A stretch of 64,000 nt of DNA. Source: Terracidiphilus sp. (GTDB taxonomy: Bacteria > Acidobacteriota > Terriglobia > Terriglobales > Acidobacteriaceae). Positions 18,941-28,458 of this stretch are shown piece after piece. Under the pieces are notes generated by a model. The model was not told the DNA's origin. It ran no database searches and was given only the letters and a program-made list of their open reading frames with translations. The DNA is taken from assembly GCA_035508555.1 (NCBI GenBank), contig DATJMU010000135.1, forward strand, positions 16,607-80,606. The letters are read 5' to 3'. Position numbers and translations under genes: made by a program. Each line of letters starts with the position of its first letter. The stretch's first letter is position 1.

Positions 18941-21202
18941 TCAATTTGAATTCGCCCGCGAATCCCCGCGCGCCGACTGCACGTCCACGGTGCGGTTGCC
19001 CTCGTACTCCATGATGTGGTGATAGGCCTCCCAGTCGTTCCACAGGATCGGCGCGGGGAGGGTTGCCAGAGGATCTTTGAGATAGTCCGCGTAGTCCTCG
19101 ACGTACAGGCTGGTGCGATGCACGCCCGTGAGCCAGTCGCCGCGGTACCAGTTCTTCCACTTGCCGTACTCCGCGTCGGCCATGTACTTCTGCATGGTCT
19201 CGATCGCCTGCTGGGCCTGGGTCACTTCCGCTTCAGCCTGTTGCGCGTGTCCCGCGGCATCGTCCTGCATGGCATGGGCGATGGCGAGCAACATGCGATT
19301 GCCCTCGCGGTTGAGGGCGGTCATGGTCAGCATCTCGGCCTCGTAGTAGTCGCGCCGCGCGGGGTCCACCAGCTTTTCGGCGGCCAGCGCGTCGTTCCAC
19401 ACGCGATCCCAGCGCGGCTGGGCGGCCTCGCACTCGTCGACGTCCTGCTTGATCCGGGCCTCAAGCGCGGGGCCAGCCACCTGAGGCAGAACGTAGGGCC
19501 GCGACCACTTGGGCGACTGTCCCAGCATCAGTTCCACCTGATTGCCGGAGAGATGGTTGAGGATCAGCCAGTTGGTTTCGGTGAAGTAGTGCTGCTCGCC
19601 ATACTCGCGCGGCACGTTGCTGGCCTTCGTTTTCTGGAACTGATCCACGCCTCCGCGCGGGATGGGCGCGGCGAAGTATTCCTTGTAGGCGCTCTCGAGC
19701 GCATCGGCACTCCTGGCGCCGAACTCTTCGGCAGCCCACTTGCGGTAGTAGGCGCTGTCGGTATCGCCGGCGGCTCCTGACTCGCTGCCGCGGGAGGCCG
19801 GCACGCCGCCCCAGGCCGTCTCCATCGCGGCACGTGCGGTCATGGCCACGGGGCGAATGTCGCTGGTGTTGAGCAGGAAGAAGCCGGTGGCGCCGGCCTT
19901 GATGTAGCGTTCCATCTGTTCCTGGATCACCGAGACGGGCACCATCTCCGAAAGCTGGTTGGCCTGGCCGTTCTCCATGGCCACGTGGAAGTACATGCCT
20001 TCGCCCGGCTCGAGGTCGCCGCCGTCCTGCATGTCGCCGTAGCCGGTGTCGGCCCACACTTGCGTCACTTCAGGCGGAATCTTCAGGTAGCCCTCGCGCT
20101 TGAGCCGGTCGCCCTCCTGCCAGAGGTTGGCGATGAAGTGCGCATCGGGAAAGCGCGCGCGCACGATCTTGATCTGGTCGGCGATGGCGGTGCTGATGCG
20201 CTCGCCCAGCAGCGGATCGTTGTTGCGGACGCTGGGGTCGAGATCGGCGTAGGTCTGATCGGAAAGCCCGCGCAGGCCCACGCTCCAGAGAATGTCGTCG
20301 TCGGGCTTATACTCGGCCACCGCATCTTTCCAGGCGCGCTCCAGGATCTCAGGGTGCGTGGAGAAGTTGTAGGGCACATCTTGGGGCCAGCGGGCCGCGT
20401 TCACGCCCAGCGGGGTGGCGTGGTGCTGGTTGACCAGCAGCCCGCGCTTCGAGGCCGCTTCCACCTGCGCATCGTCGGGAAAGATCCAGGTGCCGGGCAC
20501 GATCATGTTGCCCTTCAGCCGCAGGATGGTTTCGAAGATGTTGTCCCACACTTCGAGCGAGATGCCGGTGTGCGCGCCTGGGGGCGCGAGGCGCCAGCCG
20601 CTCAGCAGGTCTTCATCGTTGATAAAAAAGCCGCGATAGCGGAAGACCGGGCTCGGAAATACATGTGTAAAGTCGACCGGCAATTCGATCGAGGTGCGCT
20701 TCTCCGGCTCCTTGCCGGTCCACAGGTACATCGGGTCGACGCCGAGCACCGATTGCGAAAACTGGTAGATGGCGTAGATGGTTCCGCGCATATCAGCGCC
20801 GGTCAGGCACACCACATGTTGCTTCACCGCGCCCCCTGGCTCCTCGACCACAAAGGTCGAAAAAGCGAAGGCCTCGGTGTTGTCCGTGGTTTTGCACGGA
20901 GCCCCGCCGGGCAACTGGCCGCGGCCGGCGATCAGCAGGGCGACGGGCCCTGCGTCCTCAAGCTTGTTCACGAGCTTCGGTCGCTGGCTAAACACCTTGC
21001 TGAAGTCGTTGAGCAGGTCCTGGGTGGCGCGCTGCACGGCTGCCGGCTCTTCGGGGCTCTCGACTACCGTGACCGTGGGGACAATTGCAACGGTCCTAGG
21101 CTCGACCTTGATCGAAGCGCTTGCGGGCACCGCCCATCCTGGCAGCGCCGCGACGGCAAAAAGAAGCACAAAGAACAGAAAACGGCGATGTTGGGCAGGC
21201 AT
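18941..21202 (-). CDS. Secreted GH115-like glycoside hydrolase
   Basis: Signal peptide; DMRGTIYAIY, PVFRYRGFFINDE, ETILRLKGN, GMYFH. Confidence 0.78.
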   Translation of the reverse strand: MPAQHRRFLFFVLLFAVAALPGWAVPASASIKVEPRTVAIVPTVTVVESPEEPAAVQRATQDLLNDFSKVFSQRPKLVNKLEDAGPVALLIAGRGQLPGGAPCKTTDNTEAFAFSTFVVEEPGGAVKQHVVCLTGADMRGTIYAIYQFSQSVLGVDPMYLWTGKEPEKRTSIELPVDFTHVFPSPVFRYRGFFINDEDLLSGWRLAPPGAHTGISLEVWDNIFETILRLKGNMIVPGTWIFPDDAQVEAASKRGLLVNQHHATPLGVNAARWPQDVPYNFSTHPEILERAWKDAVAEYKPDDDILWSVGLRGLSDQTYADLDPSVRNNDPLLGERISTAIADQIKIVRARFPDAHFIANLWQEGDRLKREGYLKIPPEVTQVWADTGYGDMQDGGDLEPGEGMYFHVAMENGQANQLSEMVPVSVIQEQMERYIKAGATGFFLLNTSDIRPVAMTARAAMETAWGGVPASRGSESGAAGDTDSAYYRKWAAEEFGARSADALESAYKEYFAAPIPRGGVDQFQKTKASNVPREYGEQHYFTETNWLILNHLSGNQVELMLGQSPKWSRPYVLPQVAGPALEARIKQDVDECEAAQPRWDRVWNDALAAEKLVDPARRDYYEAEMLTMTALNREGNRMLLAIAHAMQDDAAGHAQQAEAEVTQAQQAIETMQKYMADAEYGKWKNWYRGDWLTGVHRTSLYVEDYADYLKDPLATLPAPILWNDWEAYHHIMEYEGNRTVDVQSARGDSRANSN

Positions 21203-21467
21203 AGGCTCTCCTCGTGTGGGGGTGCGCGTTGAGCGCGTTTGTGGGCGCGGTGAATTATAAATGCCATCCCTGCCACTGTCTCACCGCTGCCCAGGTGCCG
21301 GTCCGGGCGGCAAATTTGCGCACGCAGTGCAGGAAATCACTAACGATCATACCCCCGAATTTTGATCAGCTTTGTGAAGATTGTCAGCGGAAATCATGCA
21401 GATATTTCAAGAAAGGGTGTTCAAATCCCTTGAGCCCCTCGCGGTTCCATGTACAATCAAGGGCGGT

Positions 21468-22253
21468 ATGGCGGAACGGCTGAATCCCCGCTCGGAACGG
21501 ATCATCAAGTTTCTTTTGCGCGTCGGGACGGCGAGCATCGACGAGATCGTCGGCGAAGCCGGCTCGTCGGCCCCCAGCATCCGCCGCGACCTGGCCCGCC
21601 TCGAGACCCGGGGGCTGATTAAGCGTACTCACGGCGGCGCTACCCTCGTCGAGCCCCTGCTCTACGAGCCTTTTCGCTATGACAGCTCGTTCCTGGCGCG
21701 GGAGCAGCGGTACGCCGTCGAGAAGCGCCGCATCGGCGCCGCGGCGGCTGAGCTGGTGATGGCCAACGAGACGGTCGGCCTCACCGCCGGCACCACCACC
21801 ACCCACATCGGCCGCAGCCTCCGCCACCGTGACAAGATCCAGGTGATCACTAACGCGATCAACATCGGCATGGAGCTCTGCAACCAGCCTGGCATCCGCA
21901 CCTACCTCACCGGCGGGGTGGTTCCGTGGGCGTGGTCGTTCTCGCTTACGGGCAACCCGGCGCTCGAGTTCCTCGACGACGTCTACATGGACAAAGTCTT
22001 CCTGAGCGTCACGGGGTTCGACGCCGAGCGCGGCGCCACCACGCTTGAGACCGACGAGGCTCTCGTCTACCGCAAGATGCTCAAGCAGTCCAAGCAGGTG
22101 ATTGTGGTGGCCGACGCCAGCAAGCTGGGCAAGGTGAGCCCGGCCTTCATCTGTCCCGCCAGCGAGATTCACGTGCTCATCACCGACATCGGCGCAAGCG
22201 ACGAGGCTCTGGCGGCCTTCGATCGGCAGGGCATGAAGATCGTCCGGGCCTGA
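21468..22253 (+). CDS. DeoR/GlpR family transcriptional regulator
   Basis: SIRRDLARLE...RTHGGA HTH, then TAGTTT, VITNAINI and ADASKLG sensor motifs. Confidence 0.92.
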   Translation: MAERLNPRSERIIKFLLRVGTASIDEIVGEAGSSAPSIRRDLARLETRGLIKRTHGGATLVEPLLYEPFRYDSSFLAREQRYAVEKRRIGAAAAELVMANETVGLTAGTTTTHIGRSLRHRDKIQVITNAINIGMELCNQPGIRTYLTGGVVPWAWSFSLTGNPALEFLDDVYMDKVFLSVTGFDAERGATTLETDEALVYRKMLKQSKQVIVVADASKLGKVSPAFICPASEIHVLITDIGASDEALAAFDRQGMKIVRA

Positions 22254-22282
22254 AGAGAGCTGCCACCGCCGCGCACTCGCGG

Positions 22283-22993
22283 TCAGGCCGTGAAAGCCAC
22301 TGGATCGCTCCAGACCTCGTGAAACAGCCGGATCGCGGTGCGCAGATCGTCTTCGAGCGTGGCCGGGTCGGCCCCGTTCCAAGCCAGAGAGCTGTGCAGA
22401 GAAGCGACGCCGGAGCGGCGCGCCACCTCGGCGAGGTTGCCGAGCCGCAGCCCGCCGCCGGCCATGATCTCGATTCTTTCCGCGGCCTGCTGGCGGATGC
22501 GGCCGATGGTATCCGCGCCGGCGAGCACGTCAGGTTTGCCGCCGGAGGTCAGCAGACAGTTTGCGCCCGTGGCAATCACGTCTTCGAGTGCCGCAAGTAG
22601 ATCCGGGGTCTGGTCGAAGGCGCGATGAAAGGTGACGCGCATGGGGCGTGCCAGCTCGACCAGCTCGCGGGTCCGAGCCACATCCACGCGGCTGTCCGGC
22701 AGCAGCAAGCCCAGCACGACCGAGGCCGCACCCGCGCGCTTGGCCGCGCCGATCTGGCTGCGCATCCGATCCAGCTCTTCAGGGGAGAAGACGAAGCCGC
22801 CGTAGCGCGGCCGGATGAGGACCGAGACAGGGATGGAGACGGCGTTCACGGCGGCCCGCATCAGATCCGGGCACGGAGTCAGGCCTCCATCGTCCAGGGT
22901 GCCGCAGAGCTCCACACGGTGGGCGCCTCCGGCCTCAGCCGCGCGGGCCGCCGCGACGTTCTCAATGCACAACTCAAAGCACAGCGTATTCAT
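22283..22993 (-). CDS. cutC: CutC family (copper-homeostasis-type TIM barrel) protein
   Basis: RVELC, GGLTP, LIRPRYGGF, TFHRAFD, LTSGG. Confidence 0.9.
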   Translation of the reverse strand: MNTLCFELCIENVAAARAAEAGGAHRVELCGTLDDGGLTPCPDLMRAAVNAVSIPVSVLIRPRYGGFVFSPEELDRMRSQIGAAKRAGAASVVLGLLLPDSRVDVARTRELVELARPMRVTFHRAFDQTPDLLAALEDVIATGANCLLTSGGKPDVLAGADTIGRIRQQAAERIEIMAGGGLRLGNLAEVARRSGVASLHSSLAWNGADPATLEDDLRTAIRLFHEVWSDPVAFTA

Positions 22994-23274
22994 ACGGCAA
23001 TCCGATGCAAGGCTTAGTCCCGTTCTGGTCCGATCAGTCTGGTCTGCCAGCCGGGGCTTCGCAAAGCGGTCGGCGTGCGCGCTGTCGTCGCAGTGGCAAG
23101 GAAGAATCTCTCAAATCTGATCGTTCATGTCAAACATGATCACCAGATGAACGAAGCGGCAGACACTTCGTCGATCATCCGGGCCTGCGATGCTAAGGCC
23201 TGTTCGCGGATTGGACAGACGCCTGTCCGCCCAGGGGGCGCCCTCGAGCTTGAGATTATGCAAGAATCGTACTT

Positions 23275-24516
23275 ATGAGCAGTGTAGAGAACGTTAACGC
23301 CGCTGCGGCTGTAGCGGAGCCGCAAGTGTTTGGCGGCGCATCCCCCACCCTCCTGCAAGGCAAGCCTATCGTCCTCACCGCCGCGCAGCTCTTCGACGGC
23401 GGCCGCATTGTCGAGCAGCCGGTCATCGCCATTGAAGACAGCCGCATCACATCCATCTCCACGCGGGCTGACGGCCCCCTGCCGCCGGGGGCGCGGGTGC
23501 TGGATTTTCCCGGCGCCACGCTGGCGCCGTCGTTCTTCGACGTGCACCTTCACGGGGCCGCGGGCCACGACGTGATGGAGGCTACGCCCGAGGCGCTGGA
23601 CGCTGTGGGCCGGCTGCTGGCCTCGCGCGGCACGGGCAGTTTTCTCGCCACCACGGTGACGGCAGCCCTCGAGGTCACGCTGCGCGCCGTCGAGGGTCTG
23701 GCGAAGATCGTTGCTGCGTCGGCACGCGAGGGCGTCGCCCATCCCGTCGGCATTCACCTGGAGGGGCCGTTTCTCTCTCATGCCAAGCGCGGGGTGCAGC
23801 CGGCCGAGCACCTGCTGGCGCCCAGCGTCGCGACCTTCGACCGGCTCTATGAAGCGGCCCAGGGTCATGTGCGCTTGATGACGCTGGCCCCGGAGCTGCC
23901 CGGCGCCGTCGAGCTTGCCGCGCACGCGACAAAGCGGGGCGTGCGGGTGTCGGTAGGCCACTCCAACGCCACCGCAGCGGAGACCCGCGCCGCGATTGAA
24001 GCCGGCGCAGTGAGCGCGACCCACACCTTTAATGCCATGCGCGCTCTCGACCACCGTGAGCCCGGGATATTGGGTACGGTGCTGACCGAGGATGGTCTCT
24101 ATTCCGAGCTCATCTGCGACGGCATCCACTCCAAGCCCGAGATCACGCGGCTCTGGTGGCGCGCCAAGGGCCGGGAACGGGCCATTCTCGTCACCGATGG
24201 CATGAGCGCTGCCGGCATGGGCGACGGCGAGTACACGCTGGGCGGTTTTGCCGTACACGTGGAGAACGGCCGCGCCACGGCCAACGGCGTGCTGGCCGGC
24301 AGCGTGCTCACCCTCGACAAAGCCCTCACCAACTTCATGGCCTTCACGGGGGCGAGCGCCGCCGATGGGCTGCGTTTGTTGACGTCAAACCCGGCTGCGA
24401 TGACGGGCTTTGACGATGTGGCGGGTTCGGTTGCGGCAGGACGCGCGGCAAACTTGATCGCTGTCAGCGCAGAAGGCAAGCTGTTAGCCTCATTCGTCAG
24501 CGGAGCTGCCGCGTAA
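23275..24516 (+). CDS. nagA: N-acetylglucosamine-6-phosphate deacetylase
   Basis: DVHLHG, HLEGPF, GHSNA, THTFNAM, ICDGIH, LVTDG, AGSVLTLD. Start uncertain. Confidence 0.9.
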   Translation: MSSVENVNAAAAVAEPQVFGGASPTLLQGKPIVLTAAQLFDGGRIVEQPVIAIEDSRITSISTRADGPLPPGARVLDFPGATLAPSFFDVHLHGAAGHDVMEATPEALDAVGRLLASRGTGSFLATTVTAALEVTLRAVEGLAKIVAASAREGVAHPVGIHLEGPFLSHAKRGVQPAEHLLAPSVATFDRLYEAAQGHVRLMTLAPELPGAVELAAHATKRGVRVSVGHSNATAAETRAAIEAGAVSATHTFNAMRALDHREPGILGTVLTEDGLYSELICDGIHSKPEITRLWWRAKGRERAILVTDGMSAAGMGDGEYTLGGFAVHVENGRATANGVLAGSVLTLDKALTNFMAFTGASAADGLRLLTSNPAAMTGFDDVAGSVAAGRAANLIAVSAEGKLLASFVSGAAA

Positions 24517-24545
24517 GCGGTCTTTCCGATCCCGACCCCTGTAGA

Positions 24546-26075
24546 TCACTGACCGCTGTTTCTGGCCTTCACCTTGAACCACACCGGCGTGCCCTTGAAC
24601 CCGAAGGCCTCGCGGATCTGGTTTTCGAGGAACCGCTCGAAGGCAAAGTGCAGCTTCACCTCGCGGTCGGTGAAGAGGACAAACGTAGGCGGAGCCACCG
24701 CGGCCTGCGTCATATAGAGGATGCGGATGCGCCTGGCCATCGGCACCGGCGCCCGCTGAAAATCGATCCGATCCAGGAAGCGGTTCATCTGTCCCGTGGT
24801 CACGCGCTTGCGCCGCTCCTGCGCCACGTTCACCACCTCGCGCAAAATCCGCGCCATGCCCTTGCGTGCAGGACTCGAGCCGTCGGGCCCTGAGGCTTCG
24901 AGTGCGGAAACAAACACCACAGGCGCATAGTCCAGATACTTGAGCGACTTTCTCAGCTGTTGCTCGAAGATGGCGCGATCGGCCGGCGGCTTGCCGTCGG
25001 TGCGGCCCGTGGTCACCGCGTCCCACTTGTTCACGATCACGATCACGCTGCGTCCGCTCTCGTGCGCGTAGCCGCCAATGGTCGCGTCGCTCGCGGTCAC
25101 GCCTTCGGTGGCGTCGATGATCAGCAGCGCCACGTCCGCCGCCTCCAGGTGCCGCCGCGCCATCACCACGCTCAGTTTCTCGGCCATCAGGTGCGTCTTG
25201 CCCTTGCGCCGGATGCCGGCCGTATCCACAAACCGCAGCCGCTGACCCTCGAACTCCACCAGCTCGTCGACCGCATCGCGAGTGGTTCCGGCGATGGGCG
25301 AGACGATCGCCCGCGTGGTTCCGGTCAGGGCATTCAGCAGCGTCGATTTGCCTACATTCGGCCGCCCGATGATCGCAATCGAGGTCTCGCGCTGCTCGAA
25401 CTCGCCATGCGTCCGGTGCAGCCCCTTGGCCGCGCCCTCGCTCTGGCTCGCGGACTCGCCGACTTGCTGACTTGCTAGCTCGCCGACTTGTTCGACGACC
25501 GCGGCGGCGACGGCGTCCAGAAGATCGCCGATGCCCAGCCCGTGCTCGCTGCTGATGGGAAACACCTGGCGAATGCCCAGCCGCCGGAAGTTCTCGGCGG
25601 CCAAAGCCATCGCTTCGCCCTCGACTTTATTCACCGCGAGGAAAACCGGCTTTGCTCCGCGCACGAGCATCCGCGCCAAGTCGTAGTCGGCCCGCGCCAG
25701 CTCCGTGCGCGCGTCCACGACCATCACCAGGGCATCGGCCTCTTCGAGGGCCACGCGCGCCTGGTTATAGATCTCGGTCGGGATCAGCTCCAGATCGTCG
25801 GGCACAATACCGCCCGTGTCGACGAGGCGAAAGTGCCGTCCAGCCCAGTCGAAATCGCCATAGATGCGGTCCCGCGTGATCCCGGGCTCGTTGCCCACAA
25901 TCGACCGCCGTGTTCCCGTGAGCCGGTTGAACAGCGTCGACTTGCCCACGTTGGGCCGGCCGACGATAGCCACGAGCGGCAGAACACCCCGCGGACGAAG
26001 ACCTGTCCGCGGGGACCCCGGCAGCGCTTCCGCGCCCGCGTGCGTGGGAATGACCGATCTGCGATACGTGGGCAA
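24546..26075 (-). CDS. der: Ribosome biogenesis GTPase Der with repeat-derived insertions
   Basis: Two GRPNVGKS G domains (DTGG/NKVE and DTAG/NKWD) and a KH-like C-terminus (PPTF, GFKGTP). TTG start follows GGAG. Confidence 0.95.
   Translation of the reverse strand: MPTYRRSVIPTHAGAEALPGSPRTGLRPRGVLPLVAIVGRPNVGKSTLFNRLTGTRRSIVGNEPGITRDRIYGDFDWAGRHFRLVDTGGIVPDDLELIPTEIYNQARVALEEADALVMVVDARTELARADYDLARMLVRGAKPVFLAVNKVEGEAMALAAENFRRLGIRQVFPISSEHGLGIGDLLDAVAAAVVEQVGELASQQVGESASQSEGAAKGLHRTHGEFEQRETSIAIIGRPNVGKSTLLNALTGTTRAIVSPIAGTTRDAVDELVEFEGQRLRFVDTAGIRRKGKTHLMAEKLSVVMARRHLEAADVALLIIDATEGVTASDATIGGYAHESGRSVIVIVNKWDAVTTGRTDGKPPADRAIFEQQLRKSLKYLDYAPVVFVSALEASGPDGSSPARKGMARILREVVNVAQERRKRVTTGQMNRFLDRIDFQRAPVPMARRIRILYMTQAAVAPPTFVLFTDREVKLHFAFERFLENQIREAFGFKGTPVWFKVKARNSGQ
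25443..25490 (-). repeat. Six octamer tandem units in frame inside der
   Basis: CTGGCTCG CGGACTCG CCGACTTG CTGACTTG CTAGCTCG CCGACTTG = 48 nt, encoding QVGELASQQVGESASQ. Confidence 0.8.
25985..26019 (-). repeat. 35-bp palindromic dispersed element in the der 5' extension
   Basis: Arms CCCCGCGGAC and GTCCGCGGGG with an 8-nt loop; 31/35 identical to 44994-45028. Confidence 0.8.
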
Positions 26076-26184
26076 ACGGAGCTCTCCTGCATTAGTTTAC
26101 TGTTTCGCTGATAAGCAGACTCTCATGACTCGGGGAGGAACCCGGCCCTCCAATTGCCCTCGCTTCGGCAGAAGGGAGCAAACC

Positions 26185-26415
26185 ATGCACATTCATGGCC
26201 ACTCCATGGGAATCCCGCAGGCTGATTTCCAGTCGGCCAACCTGCAGAGCCGCGCCGCGATCGAGGCTCAGCGTGCCGCACGTGTCAGCAAGCGTCTCCT
26301 TAATGCCGCTCAACCCGGCACCGCCGACATAACCGACGAGGAGTCACTCCTCATCGGTCGTTGGCTTGGCACGACGGGGATCCCGCCTCACGGCGGTGAT
26401 CCCGATGAGGAATAG
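26185..26415 (+). CDS. Small hypothetical protein (76 aa)
   Basis: AGGGAG RBS before ATG; MHIHGHSMG... No family recognised. Confidence 0.6.
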   Translation: MHIHGHSMGIPQADFQSANLQSRAAIEAQRAARVSKRLLNAAQPGTADITDEESLLIGRWLGTTGIPPHGGDPDEE

Positions 26416-26464
26416 CCGCCCGATGAGGGCCAGGGGCTGTTCTGATTCCTCTCCGCGTCTTGCG

Positions 26465-27982
26465 TCAGAGCCTTCGGGCGCAGATGCGGTTCCGCCCCAG
26501 CCGCTTGGCCTCGTAGAGGGCCTGGTCCGCCGTCTCCACGAGCGCTGCGGGGCTCACGCCGCGCTCCGGCGCCGCGGTTCCGATGCCTACGCTCACCGTC
26601 AGCTTCCGCTCAAACGGCGAAGCGTCGTTCGCGATGTCCTGCGCCATCACTGCCTGGCGCATACGCTCGCCCACATTTCTCGCTCCCCCTTCACCCGTCG
26701 CCGGCAGCAGGACCACAAACTCCTCGGCGCCATACCGGGCCAGCAGATCGTCCGGCCTGCCCGTCTCCCTGCCCAGAATCCGCGCAATCCGCACCAGGCA
26801 TTCGTCGCCATGCACATGACCTTTCAAGTCGTTCACATCCTTAAAGAAGCCCACATCGATCATGAGCACGGCGATGGGTTCGCGCCGCCGCAGGCCACGG
26901 CGCCACGCGTCGTCGAGGGCTGCGGTAAAGCGCCGGCGGTTGGGAATCCCGGTCAGCGGGTCCGAGAGCGACAGTTGCTGCAATCGGGTATTCGCCGCCT
27001 GCAACTCATGCTCCCGTTCCATCAACGTGTGCTGGCCGGCCGCGTAGTTGAGCTGAACCATGCTGGCGTGCAGGCTTTGAATCGCGAGCAGCAAAAACGC
27101 GGAGACGAGCGCCAACGCCAGGTGCAGGGCGGCCACCGAAGCCGCCAGCACAAACACGGCTGCCGTCATCAGCACCGGGCAAAGGCTTTCGATCAACAGC
27201 CGCCAACGCACCGGAATCCTGCGCATTCTCTCCACGTCCTCGGAGATGGGCAGATGCAGCGCCTGCCAGCCTGCGTAGGCAAAAGGAACGCTCCACAGCA
27301 GGTCTAGCATGGTGCCGGCGTGCAGGCCCCAGTGCGTGCTGCCGTAATCCATCCCCAGTTCCACGGGCAGATAGAGCCAAACCACCGTGCAGAGCAGCCG
27401 CACCCGCCGCCGCTCCTCCTGCGTGGACCAGGTCGCCAGCCGCAGCGCCGCAGCCGCCGCCAGCAGGGCGCAGTCCGCGCCGTAGATGCGCGCCATGAGT
27501 GTCTGCGCCGCCGCCGGCGGCAGCGGCATCGCGAACAGCCGCACGTAGATCAACACGAATGCCAGCGCCATCTGGACGCTGTCCAGCGCCAGCACCGTCC
27601 GGATCGACTCGGTTCTGCGCGTGCTTGACACTGCCAGCAGCACCGGCAGCGCCGCCGCCATGTACAGGAAATCCGACGCGTCTACGGTGGTAACACTGGC
27701 CTGCGCCGATCGGCCAATGAATGCCTCCACCACCTGCCCGGCGGCCCACAGCAGCAGCGAAAGGCTCAGCCAGCGCCTGGGAAAGCGCTCGCGCACCGGA
27801 AGCTGTTGCGCCCTCCAGAGAAAGCACAGCGCCGCCACAACCGGCATCGCCGCCGTGCTCAGCCGCGAAACTGCGATACGGTCCAGTCCCGGAACCAGCA
27901 GCAGCCCAGCATGAATCGCCAGAATGGTGGCGATCGCGCCGCTCAGCAGGCTCCGCGCCGGTGCCTGTCCAGCCGGGCGCAT
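26465..27982 (-). CDS. Membrane-bound GGDEF-domain protein with degenerate GAEEF site
   Basis: Multi-TM N-terminus, DPLTGIPNRR, MIDVGFFK, RPDDLLARYGAEEF. Start uncertain. Confidence 0.85.
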   Translation of the reverse strand: MRPAGQAPARSLLSGAIATILAIHAGLLLVPGLDRIAVSRLSTAAMPVVAALCFLWRAQQLPVRERFPRRWLSLSLLLWAAGQVVEAFIGRSAQASVTTVDASDFLYMAAALPVLLAVSSTRRTESIRTVLALDSVQMALAFVLIYVRLFAMPLPPAAAQTLMARIYGADCALLAAAAALRLATWSTQEERRRVRLLCTVVWLYLPVELGMDYGSTHWGLHAGTMLDLLWSVPFAYAGWQALHLPISEDVERMRRIPVRWRLLIESLCPVLMTAAVFVLAASVAALHLALALVSAFLLLAIQSLHASMVQLNYAAGQHTLMEREHELQAANTRLQQLSLSDPLTGIPNRRRFTAALDDAWRRGLRRREPIAVLMIDVGFFKDVNDLKGHVHGDECLVRIARILGRETGRPDDLLARYGAEEFVVLLPATGEGGARNVGERMRQAVMAQDIANDASPFERKLTVSVGIGTAAPERGVSPAALVETADQALYEAKRLGRNRICARRL

Positions 27983-28127
27983 TTCGAGGACGGCTTCCGC
28001 TGCTCTTACTCTATCGCCGCCCGCGGCCGCCGCGCCCGCTGAAGATTGCCATGGAGAAGGCGCGATCCCCTGTCCATGCGGCGCCTGCCTCGGATACACT
28101 AAGCCGACCCCAAAGGAGGTTGTCCCA

Positions 28128-28409
28128 ATGCCAAAATTCGTCATTGAGCGTGAAATCCCCGGAGCCGGTTCCCTGTCGCCCGAGCAATTGCAGGCAATCT
28201 CTCAAAAATCCTGCTCGGTGCTTAGAGATCTGGGGCCCCAGATTCAGTGGCTGCAGAGCTACGTGACCGACAACGAAATCTACTGCATCTACATTGCTCC
28301 GGATGAGGAGATGGTGCGCGAACATGCCAGCCAGGGCGGATTTCCCGCCAACAGCGTTGCCCAGGTTCGCCGGGTGATCGATCCCACGACTGCCGAGAGC
28401 TCGAGATAG
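28128..28409 (+). CDS. DUF4242-type small protein
   Basis: MPKFVIEREIPGAG, WLQSYVT, YCIYIAP, HASQGGFPAN; AAGGAGG RBS. Confidence 0.85.
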   Translation: MPKFVIEREIPGAGSLSPEQLQAISQKSCSVLRDLGPQIQWLQSYVTDNEIYCIYIAPDEEMVREHASQGGFPANSVAQVRRVIDPTTAESSR

Positions 28410-28458
28410 CCCGACCAGCATCCGCCCATCTCACTATCATGGAGTGAGAACCCGCTCC

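Noticed and set aside
22283-22993. CutC as choline TMA-lyase, the signature enzyme of the BMC
   Set aside because: Name coincidence: this is the 236-aa TIM-barrel CutC, not the large glycyl-radical enzyme.
26090-26116. Sigma-28-like promoter (GCTGATAA) before the small ORF at 26185
   Set aside because: The -35 element and spacing do not fit.
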